Shown here piece by piece: positions 48,637 to 58,215 of a stretch of 64,000 nt of DNA (position 1 is the stretch's first letter; each line of letters opens with the position of its first letter). The position numbers and the translations under genes were made by a program. The notes under the pieces were generated by a model that was given only the letters and a program-made list of their open reading frames with translations, did no database searches and was not told the origin of the DNA. This stretch comes from Candidatus Bathyarchaeia archaeon (GTDB lineage: Archaea; Thermoproteota; Bathyarchaeia; Bathyarchaeales; Bathycorpusculaceae), in contig JBEKWR010000002.1 in NCBI GenBank assembly GCA_049512935.1, forward strand, positions 64,001 to 128,000, in the 5' to 3' direction.

Positions 48637-51600
48637 TTTTGAATCCTCGAGTTACTTTGAATCATTTTCTCCTCTGCTGTACGTTTCTCAGATAGGCTTA
48701 GATGGTGGTCATTTATGCGGTCACCCGCATGTCCACCATACGATGGACCTAGTTTAAACCATGGTGCGGATTCTACATCTCTACCCCTATCTTTATCCCA
48801 AGTAATATTAGGTTTATTACGTAGCACGCCTGCGCCTTTCTTTCCGTCTGGCATAGTCACGAACGGTCGAATGTTTACTCTTACACCGTCGTTTAAGTCA
48901 GGAGTCCAGCCGATAGGTTGCTGTTCAATGGGTTTCCACCGCACAAAAATGTCGTAAGGCTTTTCGCCTTTAAGAATAAGTTCCAAGCGTTTCTTCAGCC
49001 CTTCGGCGGCGTCTAATTTTGTTTCCGCTCCATCTACACCGCGAGCCTTCTCTTGTCTCTGTTGGCTAATCCAGTCGCCCAAGTAATTATAGATTAAAGT
49101 TTCCAACAGCTTGTAGTCCAATTTGTGATAGTTCACAAGAGCCGCAAAGCCATCATTTAGGCCATCCCAAACATGCCAGATGAACGGTCGATCATGGAAT
49201 AGCCTACAATGTTGAATGAAGAACTTGTCTCTTAACCAAGATTCTAATGTCTTACCCGTATGGTCCGCTTGAGCTAGCAACTCCGCTTTTTTGGCTGGTG
49301 ACCACTCAGCACCAAAAGCAGCTGCGAGAAGGTTTTCCAAACGATCTTCAGCTTTCTGTTCTCCCCTTATGGATGGAATACACACAACACCGTTCACATC
49401 AGCAAAGGACAGCAAGGCATTTGTCTTCTTTAACCATGAGTTCGTTTCGCTCGAAAGCTCCATTTTGCAATTAAGTTCGCCAGGCCATCGATAACCTAGC
49501 AGGCGAGCTATTGCAATATGTAAATGATGTTGCCCTTTAGCTGGATTTCCGTGGAAGACCCATTGAGTTGGATCTTCAGAATATGGTTTAGGCAATCCCA
49601 TCGGATATTTTTCCTTAGCGATTGCTCTCCAGCATTCTATATCAAATGGTATTAACTTTAAGTATTCATTATCAACGCTCAGTTTTTGATTCACTTTTCG
49701 TACATCCTGTTCAAAACTACCGCTCGAACAGTAACTCCAAATCGATTCTAAATCTTCGGGATTATTTGGGATTAGGATTGCCGCATTATCGTCAAACAAC
49801 TCTCCTGTATAAATTGTTGCAGATAAGCCAGCGACCCGACTGACAGAAACGCCTCTTTTACCCCAAGCGGTATTTCCTCTAATCCATGCGCTGATGTTGC
49901 CGTCTAGCCTTTCCTTAACATATTTTACGAATTCGCCCGCACCATCTTGCCAAAAAAGAATGCCTTCCATACCAGAAAACATGTTCGTTTCACTAACAGA
50001 AGTACGAAAATTAACCCAGCCATTGGCAAGCTTTGGCTGTTCCCAGAAGTATTGGATGAATCGGGCTGAATCTCCAGTACAAACGCCTTTACTCGTTGTC
50101 AGATAATTGCTCAGCAATTTGCCAGCGCTTAATTCTATACGAGAAATGATGCTTTTAGGATTATGCAACTGTTTTAATTGTGAGAGCGTAAGTATTGAAG
50201 CATCCGCTAGTCTTGATGCTTTCAACTTTGAACCGGTTAATGTAGATACATCAATTCCTGTAAAGCTTGTATTGCTTTGTGGTGGCGATTTCCCGATCAC
50301 TAGAAGTATAGCCTTCACAACTTCGCCGGATATTGAATCAAAAGCACCAGGACCTAGCCACGTAATTGATTTCCAAGTATTTCTTGACAGTAGGCGTTCT
50401 CGAAGCTTTGTGTAGCTTGACAGAAACAACCAATTTTGAGGAAGAACGATGCTTACATTCCCATCATGAGAACAATAATCAAGACATCGAGCAAGAAATA
50501 CGGTCGCTAGGTCATTGTCAGCATAGTCGTAGTTTTTCCTTCCATACTCCAGAAGCTTCTCAGATTGCTTGCCCGCTCCGAGATATGGCACGTTTGTAAT
50601 TATCCACTGATATTTCATGGCAAGTAGTTGAAAGGCTTTCTCCATCCCGTAGACATTTATGCCAATGTTGTTTTCGTAATTCTTTTGCTCATCAAGCTTT
50701 GTTTTAATAATTTTTACGATTTTTTCCCAATCATTGGCAAATAGACTACCTTTTTCAAAAGATATCATAGGATTGAGTAAGCTACCCAATATTGGCGCGT
50801 CTTTAAACAAGGAATAAAGCCTGTCTAAATGTGATCTTAAGTCAGGGTCATCTTCGGCTAGGGTCAACCATTCTTCTCTTTTAATGTTGACTGATTGACC
50901 GCACCATGCAATCTGCAACTCAGGTAACTCTCTGTAACCACCTGCATCTGGATATTTCCATGCCGTTAGTGCCAAAGCAAAGGCAGAAAGCTCAACGCAA
51001 CGCTGATCTATTTCTAGCCCATACAAATTCTCTTGCAAGACTGCATCACAGGCTTTTCTGGCAGAAAGCCCTTCAAGTTCCATTCGCATAGGAACAAGCA
51101 TTAGAAGCGCGGATACTAAAAAGTGACCTGATCCACAGCACGGATCAAGAGCTTTAAGTTCGCTCAAGAGTTTAGGCCATTCGTCAAAAGTTCCAGCCGT
51201 AGGCGCCCATAACCCGTCTTTTTTTACAAAACGCAAATATTCTAAGGGAACGCCTGGCAATGAGGCCTTAAGCCTCAGCTCTTCTTCACTTTTTGCGGCT
51301 GTCAAGTCGTCCTTTCTTAGCCTGTGAAATGCCCACCAGGCACCCAGAGCATTATCCAGCAAATAATTTACCATGTAGGGTTCAGTGAAGAGTTGAGTTA
51401 CTGCAGGCAACTCACGAGAACCGATTTTCAACTCTGATGCGTTCACTTCATCTTTTTGCTTGGCTTGCCAAAACTGGTATACCCAACCAAGAGAATCAGA
51501 CGCAGTGAAAACCTCAACAGGCAACGCATCTAGCAGTTGCTCTAACTCTTGCTGACGCTCAGGAGGTAAGGATAATTGAAATACAGGTGAATTATGCCTA

Positions 51601-52037
51601 AATATCTGTGGAAGCATCCGTGCTGCATAGCGGGCTGCGAGTTCCCAGCCGTTCTTTGCTCCTTCTTTGGCTGCCAGGTCCTCGCATTCTTCAAGTGTTA
51701 TGGGAACCGGATTGGCTGGGTCAGGATACATCAGGAGATTATTTTCGGCTAGAAATCGGGCAAAAAGCATTCGGTGCCAGTGCTCATAAGCGACTTCCTC
51801 GATAAGTCGTTCCATTGTCTGAGTTTTTTCGCCGTTAAGCGAATCGCCCAATTGGCGACCGTGAACTCTAAGTTTGCGTCTTAACTCACGCTCTTCTTCT
51901 GTTAGGTGGGGGAAAGGGTTGGCTTCTCCAACACCTAACTGCTCTAACTTGTCTTTAGCGGCTTTTTCAGCGACTCCTCGTGCTTCTCGCACGGTTCTTT
52001 CAAGCTGATTCCTCAATGCTTTATCTAACGGTTTCAT
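48633..52037 (-). CDS. pglX: BREX adenine methyltransferase PglX
   Basis: PAVTQLFTEPYMV, LDPCCGSGHF (motif I), TNVPY (motif IV), RPFIWH, PDLNDGVRVNIRP. Confidence 0.9.
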   Translation of the reverse strand: MKPLDKALRNQLERTVREARGVAEKAAKDKLEQLGVGEANPFPHLTEEERELRRKLRVHGRQLGDSLNGEKTQTMERLIEEVAYEHWHRMLFARFLAENNLLMYPDPANPVPITLEECEDLAAKEGAKNGWELAARYAARMLPQIFRHNSPVFQLSLPPERQQELEQLLDALPVEVFTASDSLGWVYQFWQAKQKDEVNASELKIGSRELPAVTQLFTEPYMVNYLLDNALGAWWAFHRLRKDDLTAAKSEEELRLKASLPGVPLEYLRFVKKDGLWAPTAGTFDEWPKLLSELKALDPCCGSGHFLVSALLMLVPMRMELEGLSARKACDAVLQENLYGLEIDQRCVELSAFALALTAWKYPDAGGYRELPELQIAWCGQSVNIKREEWLTLAEDDPDLRSHLDRLYSLFKDAPILGSLLNPMISFEKGSLFANDWEKIVKIIKTKLDEQKNYENNIGINVYGMEKAFQLLAMKYQWIITNVPYLGAGKQSEKLLEYGRKNYDYADNDLATVFLARCLDYCSHDGNVSIVLPQNWLFLSSYTKLRERLLSRNTWKSITWLGPGAFDSISGEVVKAILLVIGKSPPQSNTSFTGIDVSTLTGSKLKASRLADASILTLSQLKQLHNPKSIISRIELSAGKLLSNYLTTSKGVCTGDSARFIQYFWEQPKLANGWVNFRTSVSETNMFSGMEGILFWQDGAGEFVKYVKERLDGNISAWIRGNTAWGKRGVSVSRVAGLSATIYTGELFDDNAAILIPNNPEDLESIWSYCSSGSFEQDVRKVNQKLSVDNEYLKLIPFDIECWRAIAKEKYPMGLPKPYSEDPTQWVFHGNPAKGQHHLHIAIARLLGYRWPGELNCKMELSSETNSWLKKTNALLSFADVNGVVCIPSIRGEQKAEDRLENLLAAAFGAEWSPAKKAELLAQADHTGKTLESWLRDKFFIQHCRLFHDRPFIWHVWDGLNDGFAALVNYHKLDYKLLETLIYNYLGDWISQQRQEKARGVDGAETKLDAAEGLKKRLELILKGEKPYDIFVRWKPIEQQPIGWTPDLNDGVRVNIRPFVTMPDGKKGAGVLRNKPNITWDKDRGRDVESAPWFKLGPSYGGHAGDRINDHHLSLSEKRTAEEKMIQSNSRIQK

Positions 52038-52591
52038 GAATACAAATCCTTATCAGCTGTAATGGGAAAGGCAAGGTAATTCCAGCCATCATACGCATTA
52101 AATAAACGGTAATTATTATGCTCATCATAGGTTCCGGGGAAAAAAACCAGTAACCTTCCTTCAAAAGCAGGCGCCAATGCATTAACAACTTCTTTCACTT
52201 TTAAAAATCCGAAAAGTGAACCAACACCCTTCAAAGCAACAACCGTATTTCTATTTATTTTGTGAGCTTTAAGAAAGCAATCAAACTCTTTCTTAATAAA
52301 TTCAAGATACTGGGGCAAGAGAGCCGAAAGAAACTCGGGGTTCTTAAAATAACTCTTCTTGTAACGTTGATTTGCAAGCCACACTGCAAAAGTGTCAGTT
52401 AGGTCAAAGACAGCCCATTCATGTCCAGCTTGTTTAGTTACAATTTCGAACTCATCAATCTTGGCTCTAAGCTGAAGTTCATCATCCTCTTTATAAACGC
52501 AAAAAATAACGCGTTGAGGGGCAGCGACATCTTCCCAAGGTAGAGCAATATGAACATTGTACTTTTCAATAAGTCGCTTAATTCTGTTCAT
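52034..52591 (-). CDS. brxB: BREX protein BrxB (DUF1788)
   Basis: GRLLVFFPG...YRLF...DGWNYLA motif; position after brxA. Confidence 0.88.
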   Translation of the reverse strand: MNRIKRLIEKYNVHIALPWEDVAAPQRVIFCVYKEDDELQLRAKIDEFEIVTKQAGHEWAVFDLTDTFAVWLANQRYKKSYFKNPEFLSALLPQYLEFIKKEFDCFLKAHKINRNTVVALKGVGSLFGFLKVKEVVNALAPAFEGRLLVFFPGTYDEHNNYRLFNAYDGWNYLAFPITADKDLYS

Positions 52592-53378
52592 GAATCCACT
52601 CCCTTTCTTGTGCGGTTAACAAATTTGGAAACTGAACCTCCATAACCTTTCCTATGCGCTTAAAGTTAATCCAGCCTCGACGTGAAGCATCTTCCGCCAA
52701 CTCCACCGCACGTGCAGATGAGCAATCCAGCAACTTTGCGAATTCTGTTGTGAAGAGAGCTTCGCCCCGTACACCGCAAAGATAACCTAAGAAAAGGGCG
52801 TATGCAGTGGACCCCACCGTGGCTTTTGCTTTGGTTCGAATCTTGTTTTCTTTTTCGATTAGGTGTCCTGATTTTGTCCAGGTAGCGCTAAGGTTTCTAA
52901 CAACCGATCTAAGCGAAACTTCAGTGAAACGGTTTGGGTTGTCTCGGTTAATGTATTCTTCGAGTTTTTCCTTGTGAAAGGTTTCTCCTTCTGCTAGCGG
53001 TAGAATCACAGGGGCGCTCATTCTTACCAAACCATCACGCGCATAAGCAGAAAGCAAAGCCAAGAGTGGTCGTCCAGCAACGTCTCGGTCCCAAAAATAC
53101 CTCAGAGCCCTAAACGTGGTGATTGATGGGTCTAAACCATAAAGAAAACCAAGATGCATGCTTGTGATTTTTCTGGTTTTTTCAGAGCGTTTGCCTAAGC
53201 AGTTCTCTTCCACAATAGCCTTAAGATAATCACTCTTGACGGAATTAGGATTGATCACGCACGATAACAAAGCTTGAAGGTCGTCAAGCATCATTGAACG
53301 TGCCGCATGCGTGTTTCCTTTTTCCAGGCGAAAGCCGAAACGAGACAAGATATCACTGTTAAGGTTGGGGTTTTCCAT
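52578..53378 (-). CDS. brxA: BREX protein BrxA (copy 1)
   Basis: First gene of the BREX operon, overlapping brxB; ENCLGKRS, LLALL..YARD, AYALFLGYL. Confidence 0.78.
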   Translation of the reverse strand: MENPNLNSDILSRFGFRLEKGNTHAARSMMLDDLQALLSCVINPNSVKSDYLKAIVEENCLGKRSEKTRKITSMHLGFLYGLDPSITTFRALRYFWDRDVAGRPLLALLSAYARDGLVRMSAPVILPLAEGETFHKEKLEEYINRDNPNRFTEVSLRSVVRNLSATWTKSGHLIEKENKIRTKAKATVGSTAYALFLGYLCGVRGEALFTTEFAKLLDCSSARAVELAEDASRRGWINFKRIGKVMEVQFPNLLTAQEREWIHEQN

Positions 53379-53584
53379 GCTTCACGAGCCTCTATTCCCC
53401 CTGCGTCTCGTTAACAGGGCGATCGGAATGCTGCCATCAACGTTACTGCAGGAGAGTTTTGATACTGTATGCTGAGTTTCTTATTTAGAACTTGCTATTT
53501 ATAGGTAAATCAGGAGAACCTGAATTGCCAAAGGATATTAGGAAACTACGACTAACTTAGGTCTGCGACAAGCCTTACACCTTA

Positions 53585-54160
53585 GTGAGAGCGATGAATA
53601 AAGAAGAAGCGAGAGCAATTGTTCGTGCAAACTTGAAGGGCAAGAAAAAGAAGGAAGCACCGCTACTTGTTATTGCTGAAGCGGTCAGATTACTGGTGTC
53701 CGACCGAGAGTTTGGATCAACCACTAAACTTGCAGACAGCTTTAGTGTGAAAAGACCGACGATAGAATCTTTTGATAAAATGAATGATCAACCCGTTGAA
53801 GTAAAGAAACTTATTAAGGAAGGTAAAATCGGTATTGACAACAATCCTAAATTAGCAAGCATCGTTGATGTGCAAAGACGAATCGCGGTAGCTTATACCA
53901 TAGCAGGCCTAAGAACAAGGGATGCACGGGAAATAATAGCTAAATGCAAGAAGGACTGCAATCTTGAACCTGAAGAGTGCAAGAAAGCCATTATTAATGT
54001 TAAACCGCCAAAGAAACCGATAAAATCACTGGCAATACCTTTAGAACCAGAGGAACATTCTAAATTTTTTGAAGCATCGAAAAAAGCTGGTCTCAGCCCA
54101 AAAGAGGCAGGTAAACAAGCTATCGCTGAATGGGTTAAAGAGCAAGAAAAAAGCAGCTGA
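53585..54160 (+). CDS. ParB/Spo0J-like HTH protein with RHH-like C-terminus
   Basis: KLADSFSVKRPTI HTH followed by PVEVKKLIKEGKI (ParB central domain). No ParB N-terminal CTPase domain. Divergent from brxA. Confidence 0.6.
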   Translation: MRAMNKEEARAIVRANLKGKKKKEAPLLVIAEAVRLLVSDREFGSTTKLADSFSVKRPTIESFDKMNDQPVEVKKLIKEGKIGIDNNPKLASIVDVQRRIAVAYTIAGLRTRDAREIIAKCKKDCNLEPEECKKAIINVKPPKKPIKSLAIPLEPEEHSKFFEASKKAGLSPKEAGKQAIAEWVKEQEKSS

Positions 54161-54163
54161 CTC

Positions 54164-54910
54164 TTAGATTAAGCACTCACTGCTACAGAGTCTTTTGACG
54201 TAGACATCGGGTAGGGTCTCTTTCTTCTCAAGTTTTTCCTGCAAAGTTCCGAGCGTCCATTTCATTAGCCGCTGTTTAGGGAAATGCTTTGAATTCTCTT
54301 CTAGCTCTTTTGCCTTCATAAACAGGTCCTTATGTTTTTCGTAAATCTCGGTCCATCTCGATAAAGAATTGAACGGACAGAAGAAACAGCCGCTTCTCAC
54401 AGGCATTGAGAAATCGAAGTCTGAGAGCAAGATTATGTCCATGCACTCTTGGCGTGCAATCTGCTTCTCAACTAGAGGGAAGACATTCTTAACGTAGGGT
54501 ACTCCGCTTTCCTTCATGCGGTCTCTTTCTTCATAGGCTATGCCAAGATACTGGTTTACGGGAACGCCAAAAGACCGATAGTGCGAATAGATGGGCGTTA
54601 TCTTGTAGTCACGTGTGGACCAGCGCCAAATCTGTGAGGGTATGACTTTTCGGCGCTTGCAAGTATCATACAGCGTCCCATTCTTAGACCTAACAACCGT
54701 CAACGGTACACCGTGTTTGCTTAAGTAAGAATCAACTGTCTTCAAGTGCTCATAGGTCTCAGGCACCTCGGCGCCCGTGTCGGCGAAAATAACCTCGTCT
54801 AAAGGGTACTCCTTCTCAACGAGCATAATCATAAGAGCCGTCGAATTTAGTCCTGCACCGAAACTAAGAACATACTTCTCATCAGGCTTTCGTTCAAGCA
54901 TTACTGCCAC
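54164..54910 (-). CDS. PAPS reductase family (PP-loop) protein
   Basis: LSFGAGLNS PP-loop, FADTGAEVPETY, RSGCFFCPF. Confidence 0.82.
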   Translation of the reverse strand: MAVMLERKPDEKYVLSFGAGLNSTALMIMLVEKEYPLDEVIFADTGAEVPETYEHLKTVDSYLSKHGVPLTVVRSKNGTLYDTCKRRKVIPSQIWRWSTRDYKITPIYSHYRSFGVPVNQYLGIAYEERDRMKESGVPYVKNVFPLVEKQIARQECMDIILLSDFDFSMPVRSGCFFCPFNSLSRWTEIYEKHKDLFMKAKELEENSKHFPKQRLMKWTLGTLQEKLEKKETLPDVYVKRLCSSECLI

Positions 54911-55034
54911 CGCTTGCAGGACACTATCCTGCGCATGCAGGACATTATGGATTGTCCTGCAATAAAAAATTTTCTAGCCTACCGCTTGAAAAGTTGCCTT
55001 TAGCTGATAAGAATTGGGCGGTTATAGAAAAAAA

Positions 55035-55202
55035 TTATGTCTTGGGTATGGTAAAGCCAAGTTTGCCCTCATGATAATACATGAATGTAGTTTTCTTGCA
55101 GTTGGAACACGGATAGGCTTTAACTTGATAGTAGCCTTTTCTGAAAGGCCATTCTTTCGAAGGCTTGTTAGGTAATTCAGAGCCACATCTTGGACACTTC
55201 AA
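55035..55202 (-). CDS. 55-aa zinc-ribbon protein, missed by the ORF track
   Basis: TTG start behind GGTGA: MKCPRCGSELPNKPSKEWPFRKGYYQVKAYPCSNCKKTTFMYYHEGKLGFTIPKT*; two CxxC motifs. Confidence 0.7.
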   Translation of the reverse strand: MKCPRCGSELPNKPSKEWPFRKGYYQVKAYPCSNCKKTTFMYYHEGKLGFTIPKT

Positions 55203-55294
55203 GGCAATTCACCAAGCCTATGTTTTAGCATAAGAAGGATATAAATTAAGGCACTCTTTCTTTTGCCTGCTCAGCCACCGAAGGTTCGTTCCCC

Positions 55295-56107
55295 TTATTG
55301 ACGGATCAGATCCATTTGCTCTTTCGTCAAGAGATTCGGAAATTGAGCTTCCATTACATCCTCTAACCGCTTAAAAGAAAGCCATCCCCGAGATGACGCA
55401 TTTTCCGCCAGAGCAATGCAATCATTCACTGGCGAGTCGAGCAAGTGCATGAACTCAGTTGAAAATAATTGCTTTCCACGACTTCCCAATAAGTAACCAA
55501 GAAAAAGGGCGTATGAAACAGAACCCTCTGTAGCTACAGCCCTCGAACGAGTCCTTCCTGCTCTCTGTATATGGCCAGACCGAATCAGACTTCCACAAAC
55601 ATTTCTAACCAATCCACCCAGGCAGAACTCGCTCAATCGACCGGCTGCTTCCTTATCAAGAAACTCTTTGAAAGCCGTTCGATCAATAACTTCCCCTTCC
55701 TTAAGTGATAAAATGTACGGGACGCTCATTCGAAGCAAGCCATCCCGCGAATATGCACTGAGCAATGCTAACAAAGGTTGGCTGCTGACGCCTCGTGTCC
55801 AGAAATATCTAAGAGCTTGAAAGGTAGCAACAGATGGGTCGAGTGAATAAAGAGTCATTAAATGCCTTGCTGAAAGCTCCCGATTTTTCTGTGACCTCTT
55901 CCCCAAGCAATTATTCTCTATAATTACCGTTACATAATCTCCTTTCTGAGCGTCTGGAGATGGAACGCACGAAAGTAGCGTCTGGAGTTCTTCAAGCATT
56001 ATTGTTCGACCGATGTGTACGCCGCTCGGGCCCAAGCGGAACCCTAGCTTTCTAAGAACTGATTTACTAGCTGTGGTTTGATTATGTTCTGCAAGCTCAC
56101 TTAACAC
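55295..56107 (-). CDS. brxA: BrxA paralog (copy 2)
   Basis: Co-linear similarity to 52578-53378: GFRL, LLSCV, NCLGKRS, LLALLSAY.RDGL.RMS, YALFLGYL, ASSRGW..FKR, QFPNLLT. Confidence 0.75.
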   Translation of the reverse strand: MLSELAEHNQTTASKSVLRKLGFRLGPSGVHIGRTIMLEELQTLLSCVPSPDAQKGDYVTVIIENNCLGKRSQKNRELSARHLMTLYSLDPSVATFQALRYFWTRGVSSQPLLALLSAYSRDGLLRMSVPYILSLKEGEVIDRTAFKEFLDKEAAGRLSEFCLGGLVRNVCGSLIRSGHIQRAGRTRSRAVATEGSVSYALFLGYLLGSRGKQLFSTEFMHLLDSPVNDCIALAENASSRGWLSFKRLEDVMEAQFPNLLTKEQMDLIRQ

Positions 56108-56276
56108 GTTAGCAGCCCCCTGTTAAGTTTTTAGGCGATCCAAACTTAAGCTTTGTTCTTTTTTCCAGCATGCTAAGAGTGGAAAGACTCGAACAACTAA
56201 AAGTGAGGCAAACTCTGCTAAACAACAATTTATAAACCGACAGCACCAACAAAACACATGGACACTAGGTGAAAGA

Positions 56277-56540
56277 TTGGATGCATTTTCCGTCTTGCTT
56301 ACAATCTTTATTGTTTCCGTACTCTTCGTAGGAGCGCTGATTGCCATTGCAATCTTTTCTGCATTGTTCAGAAAAAAAGAATCGCGGCCGACTTACAGCT
56401 CAACAAATCAAGAACCTTCATCTCCGACCAATCAAGCCGCGAGCGACATAATTGAGGATAGTGAGGGGGACGGTTTGATGCTCTTTGACGACCCTATGTT
56501 TCCTCCAGAATTCAATGATGAGGAAGAGGACGACTTTTGA
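56277..56540 (+). CDS. Small single-TM protein with acidic tail
   Basis: N-terminal hydrophobic helix; C-terminal EFNDEEEDDF. Confidence 0.55.
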   Translation: MDAFSVLLTIFIVSVLFVGALIAIAIFSALFRKKESRPTYSSTNQEPSSPTNQAASDIIEDSEGDGLMLFDDPMFPPEFNDEEEDDF

Positions 56541-56638
56541 TGGAGAAGACTGAAATTTTGTTTGAAGAAGAACCAGACGACGAAAAGGGGGATTGGCCAG
56601 TTCCAGATGAACCTGATAACCCCGAGAATGAGCCCTAA
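56540..56638 (+). CDS. 32-aa highly acidic micro-ORF
   Basis: TGATG stop/start overlap with the upstream gene; MEKTEILFEEEPDDEKGDWPVPDEPDNPENEP*. Confidence 0.35.
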   Translation: MEKTEILFEEEPDDEKGDWPVPDEPDNPENEP

Positions 56639-56683
56639 GCCTTAATGGCTTTTTTATAAGATCATTGAATCAAATATTTGCTA

Positions 56684-57403
56684 TTAGAAAGGCGCAGTGT
56701 TTTTTGTTGAAATGCCGATATTGAAGAGTTCTCTTTTTTCTCCATTTTTTATTGCGTAGAACTTCATTTCAAACCCTTCCGCGAGCGGAAACCGGCTTTG
56801 TGGGGGAAAAATCATACTGGGAAAACCATCAACCGTCGGATTATCAAGATCCAAAATGTAATCTAATTGTCGAGCAGTCTGCGGATGTGATTCTCGCCGC
56901 CCATGGCTCGCCAGCAGCCGATGTACGCTCTTGGCTGCAATTCTAAGGTCTTGTTTGAGAAGCCGAAGCTCTTCATTGACAGTTAACCCTTTATAACGCT
57001 GCTCAAACTCTCTCCTCCGCGCATCCGCAACCTGCATAATTTCCCTGTTGACTTGACCCTTAACGTAGGATCGTGTCTTATCCCAATCACGCTTAACAGT
57101 CCTTGTTGAAACACCAAGCTCATCGGCGATCTGCTTCTGCGTAAAACCCTTCTCAGCCAAAACCCTCACCTGACGTCTACGCTCCCTTTCCCGTTTATAC
57201 TGCACTACACTCTTAGTATAGGCCGAAACCCTGCGATAAGACGCCTCTTTCACCTTAGAATGCTCCTTCTTTGTGCTGAAATGCTCATTTTCTTCCAGCT
57301 GAAAACCCCCATTTTCGCCTATTTCGCGAAAAGGCTCATTTTCCAAAGCTTTCTCCGCAACAATATCCTCCATTTCTGGCAATTTTTCACCATTAGTGGA
57401 CAA
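56684..57403 (-). CDS. HTH domain protein
   Basis: GFTQKQIADELGVSTRTVKRD HTH. Confidence 0.7.
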   Translation of the reverse strand: MSTNGEKLPEMEDIVAEKALENEPFREIGENGGFQLEENEHFSTKKEHSKVKEASYRRVSAYTKSVVQYKRERERRRQVRVLAEKGFTQKQIADELGVSTRTVKRDWDKTRSYVKGQVNREIMQVADARRREFEQRYKGLTVNEELRLLKQDLRIAAKSVHRLLASHGRRESHPQTARQLDYILDLDNPTVDGFPSMIFPPQSRFPLAEGFEMKFYAIKNGEKRELFNIGISTKNTAPF

Positions 57404-57582
57404 ATTTTACGCTCACTTCCAACATTATTTTGAATTTTAACAGAGCAATTTTTCTAAATTTTGTCACCCTCTGAATTATCATCTTTTCCCTCAAACCTAT
57501 CGCACTTCTGCATGCACTTTACTTCAACTTGCTGAAATCACCTCATCTTCAACAGCAACCTTGAAAGAGTCTGCAGTCAAAC

Positions 57583-57610
57583 CACAGAATACACAGAATA
57601 CTTTATATTT
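57583..57610 (+). promoter_or_regulatory. Tandem 9-bp repeat (CACAGAATA x2) abutting the TATA box of the integrase operon
   Basis: cacagaata cacagaata c tttatattt, about 40 bp before the RHH gene. Confidence 0.45.
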
Positions 57611-57651
57611 TAAGATTACGCATAACTACCCAACGGAAAGAGGAGTATAAA

Positions 57652-58137
57652 ATGCCAAAAAACGTAACAATTTACCTTTCCGACGAAATAGCCGGAAAAA
57701 TGGAAAAATACCCTGAAGTGAACTGGTCCGAAATCTGCCGAAAAGCAGTAGTAGAATACATAGATACCCGCAGCCAAATAGACATAGCATCAATACTTGA
57801 AAAGCTTAAAGCCGAAAGCAATGAAGCCTACAAGCAAGGCCAGATACTATTCTATCAGATAGCGCCAAAAATGTCTCTGAAAGAATTTGACATATGGTAT
57901 CCACGAGTGAGCGCAACTATTTTGGAAGGCGGTGAAGGCGGTTTGCTTGGTGATTCACCTTCGCTTTCCCCAGAAGCCGCAACATATCAAGCTAAAAAAG
58001 GTATGGCACATATGATGGGCAGTTTTTGCCGAGACAACAGCATAACTTACCCCTCAGACGCTTCTGACGCTTTCTGGGAAGGCGCCATAGCCGCATTCAT
58101 GAACGTCTACACCAAAATAAAACCGAAAAAGAATTGA
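57652..58137 (+). CDS. Ribbon-helix-helix (CopG-like) regulator
   Basis: MPKNVTIYLSDEIAGKMEKYPEVNWSEICRKAV. Confidence 0.72.
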   Translation: MPKNVTIYLSDEIAGKMEKYPEVNWSEICRKAVVEYIDTRSQIDIASILEKLKAESNEAYKQGQILFYQIAPKMSLKEFDIWYPRVSATILEGGEGGLLGDSPSLSPEAATYQAKKGMAHMMGSFCRDNSITYPSDASDAFWEGAIAAFMNVYTKIKPKKN

Positions 58138-58215
58138 CTACAACAATGCAGCAATATCAAAGCTTCCAAAACTTTTCTTGGGACAATAAAAAAGCGATAG
58201 GAGGCACCTAAAAGA

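Noticed and set aside
710-51805. Numerous 60-240 aa ORFs antisense to or nested in well-supported genes (e.g. 710-1210, 2608-3327, 11093-11566, 23818-24267, 39933-40424)
   Set aside because: They are shadow ORFs of motif-supported genes and have no independent evidence.
54164-54910. BREX type 4 (brxP) or Dnd/Ssp phosphorothioation system
   Set aside because: PglX is present, the protein is small, and I recognised no cysteine desulfurase or other dnd/ssp genes. Kept only as a possible accessory gene.
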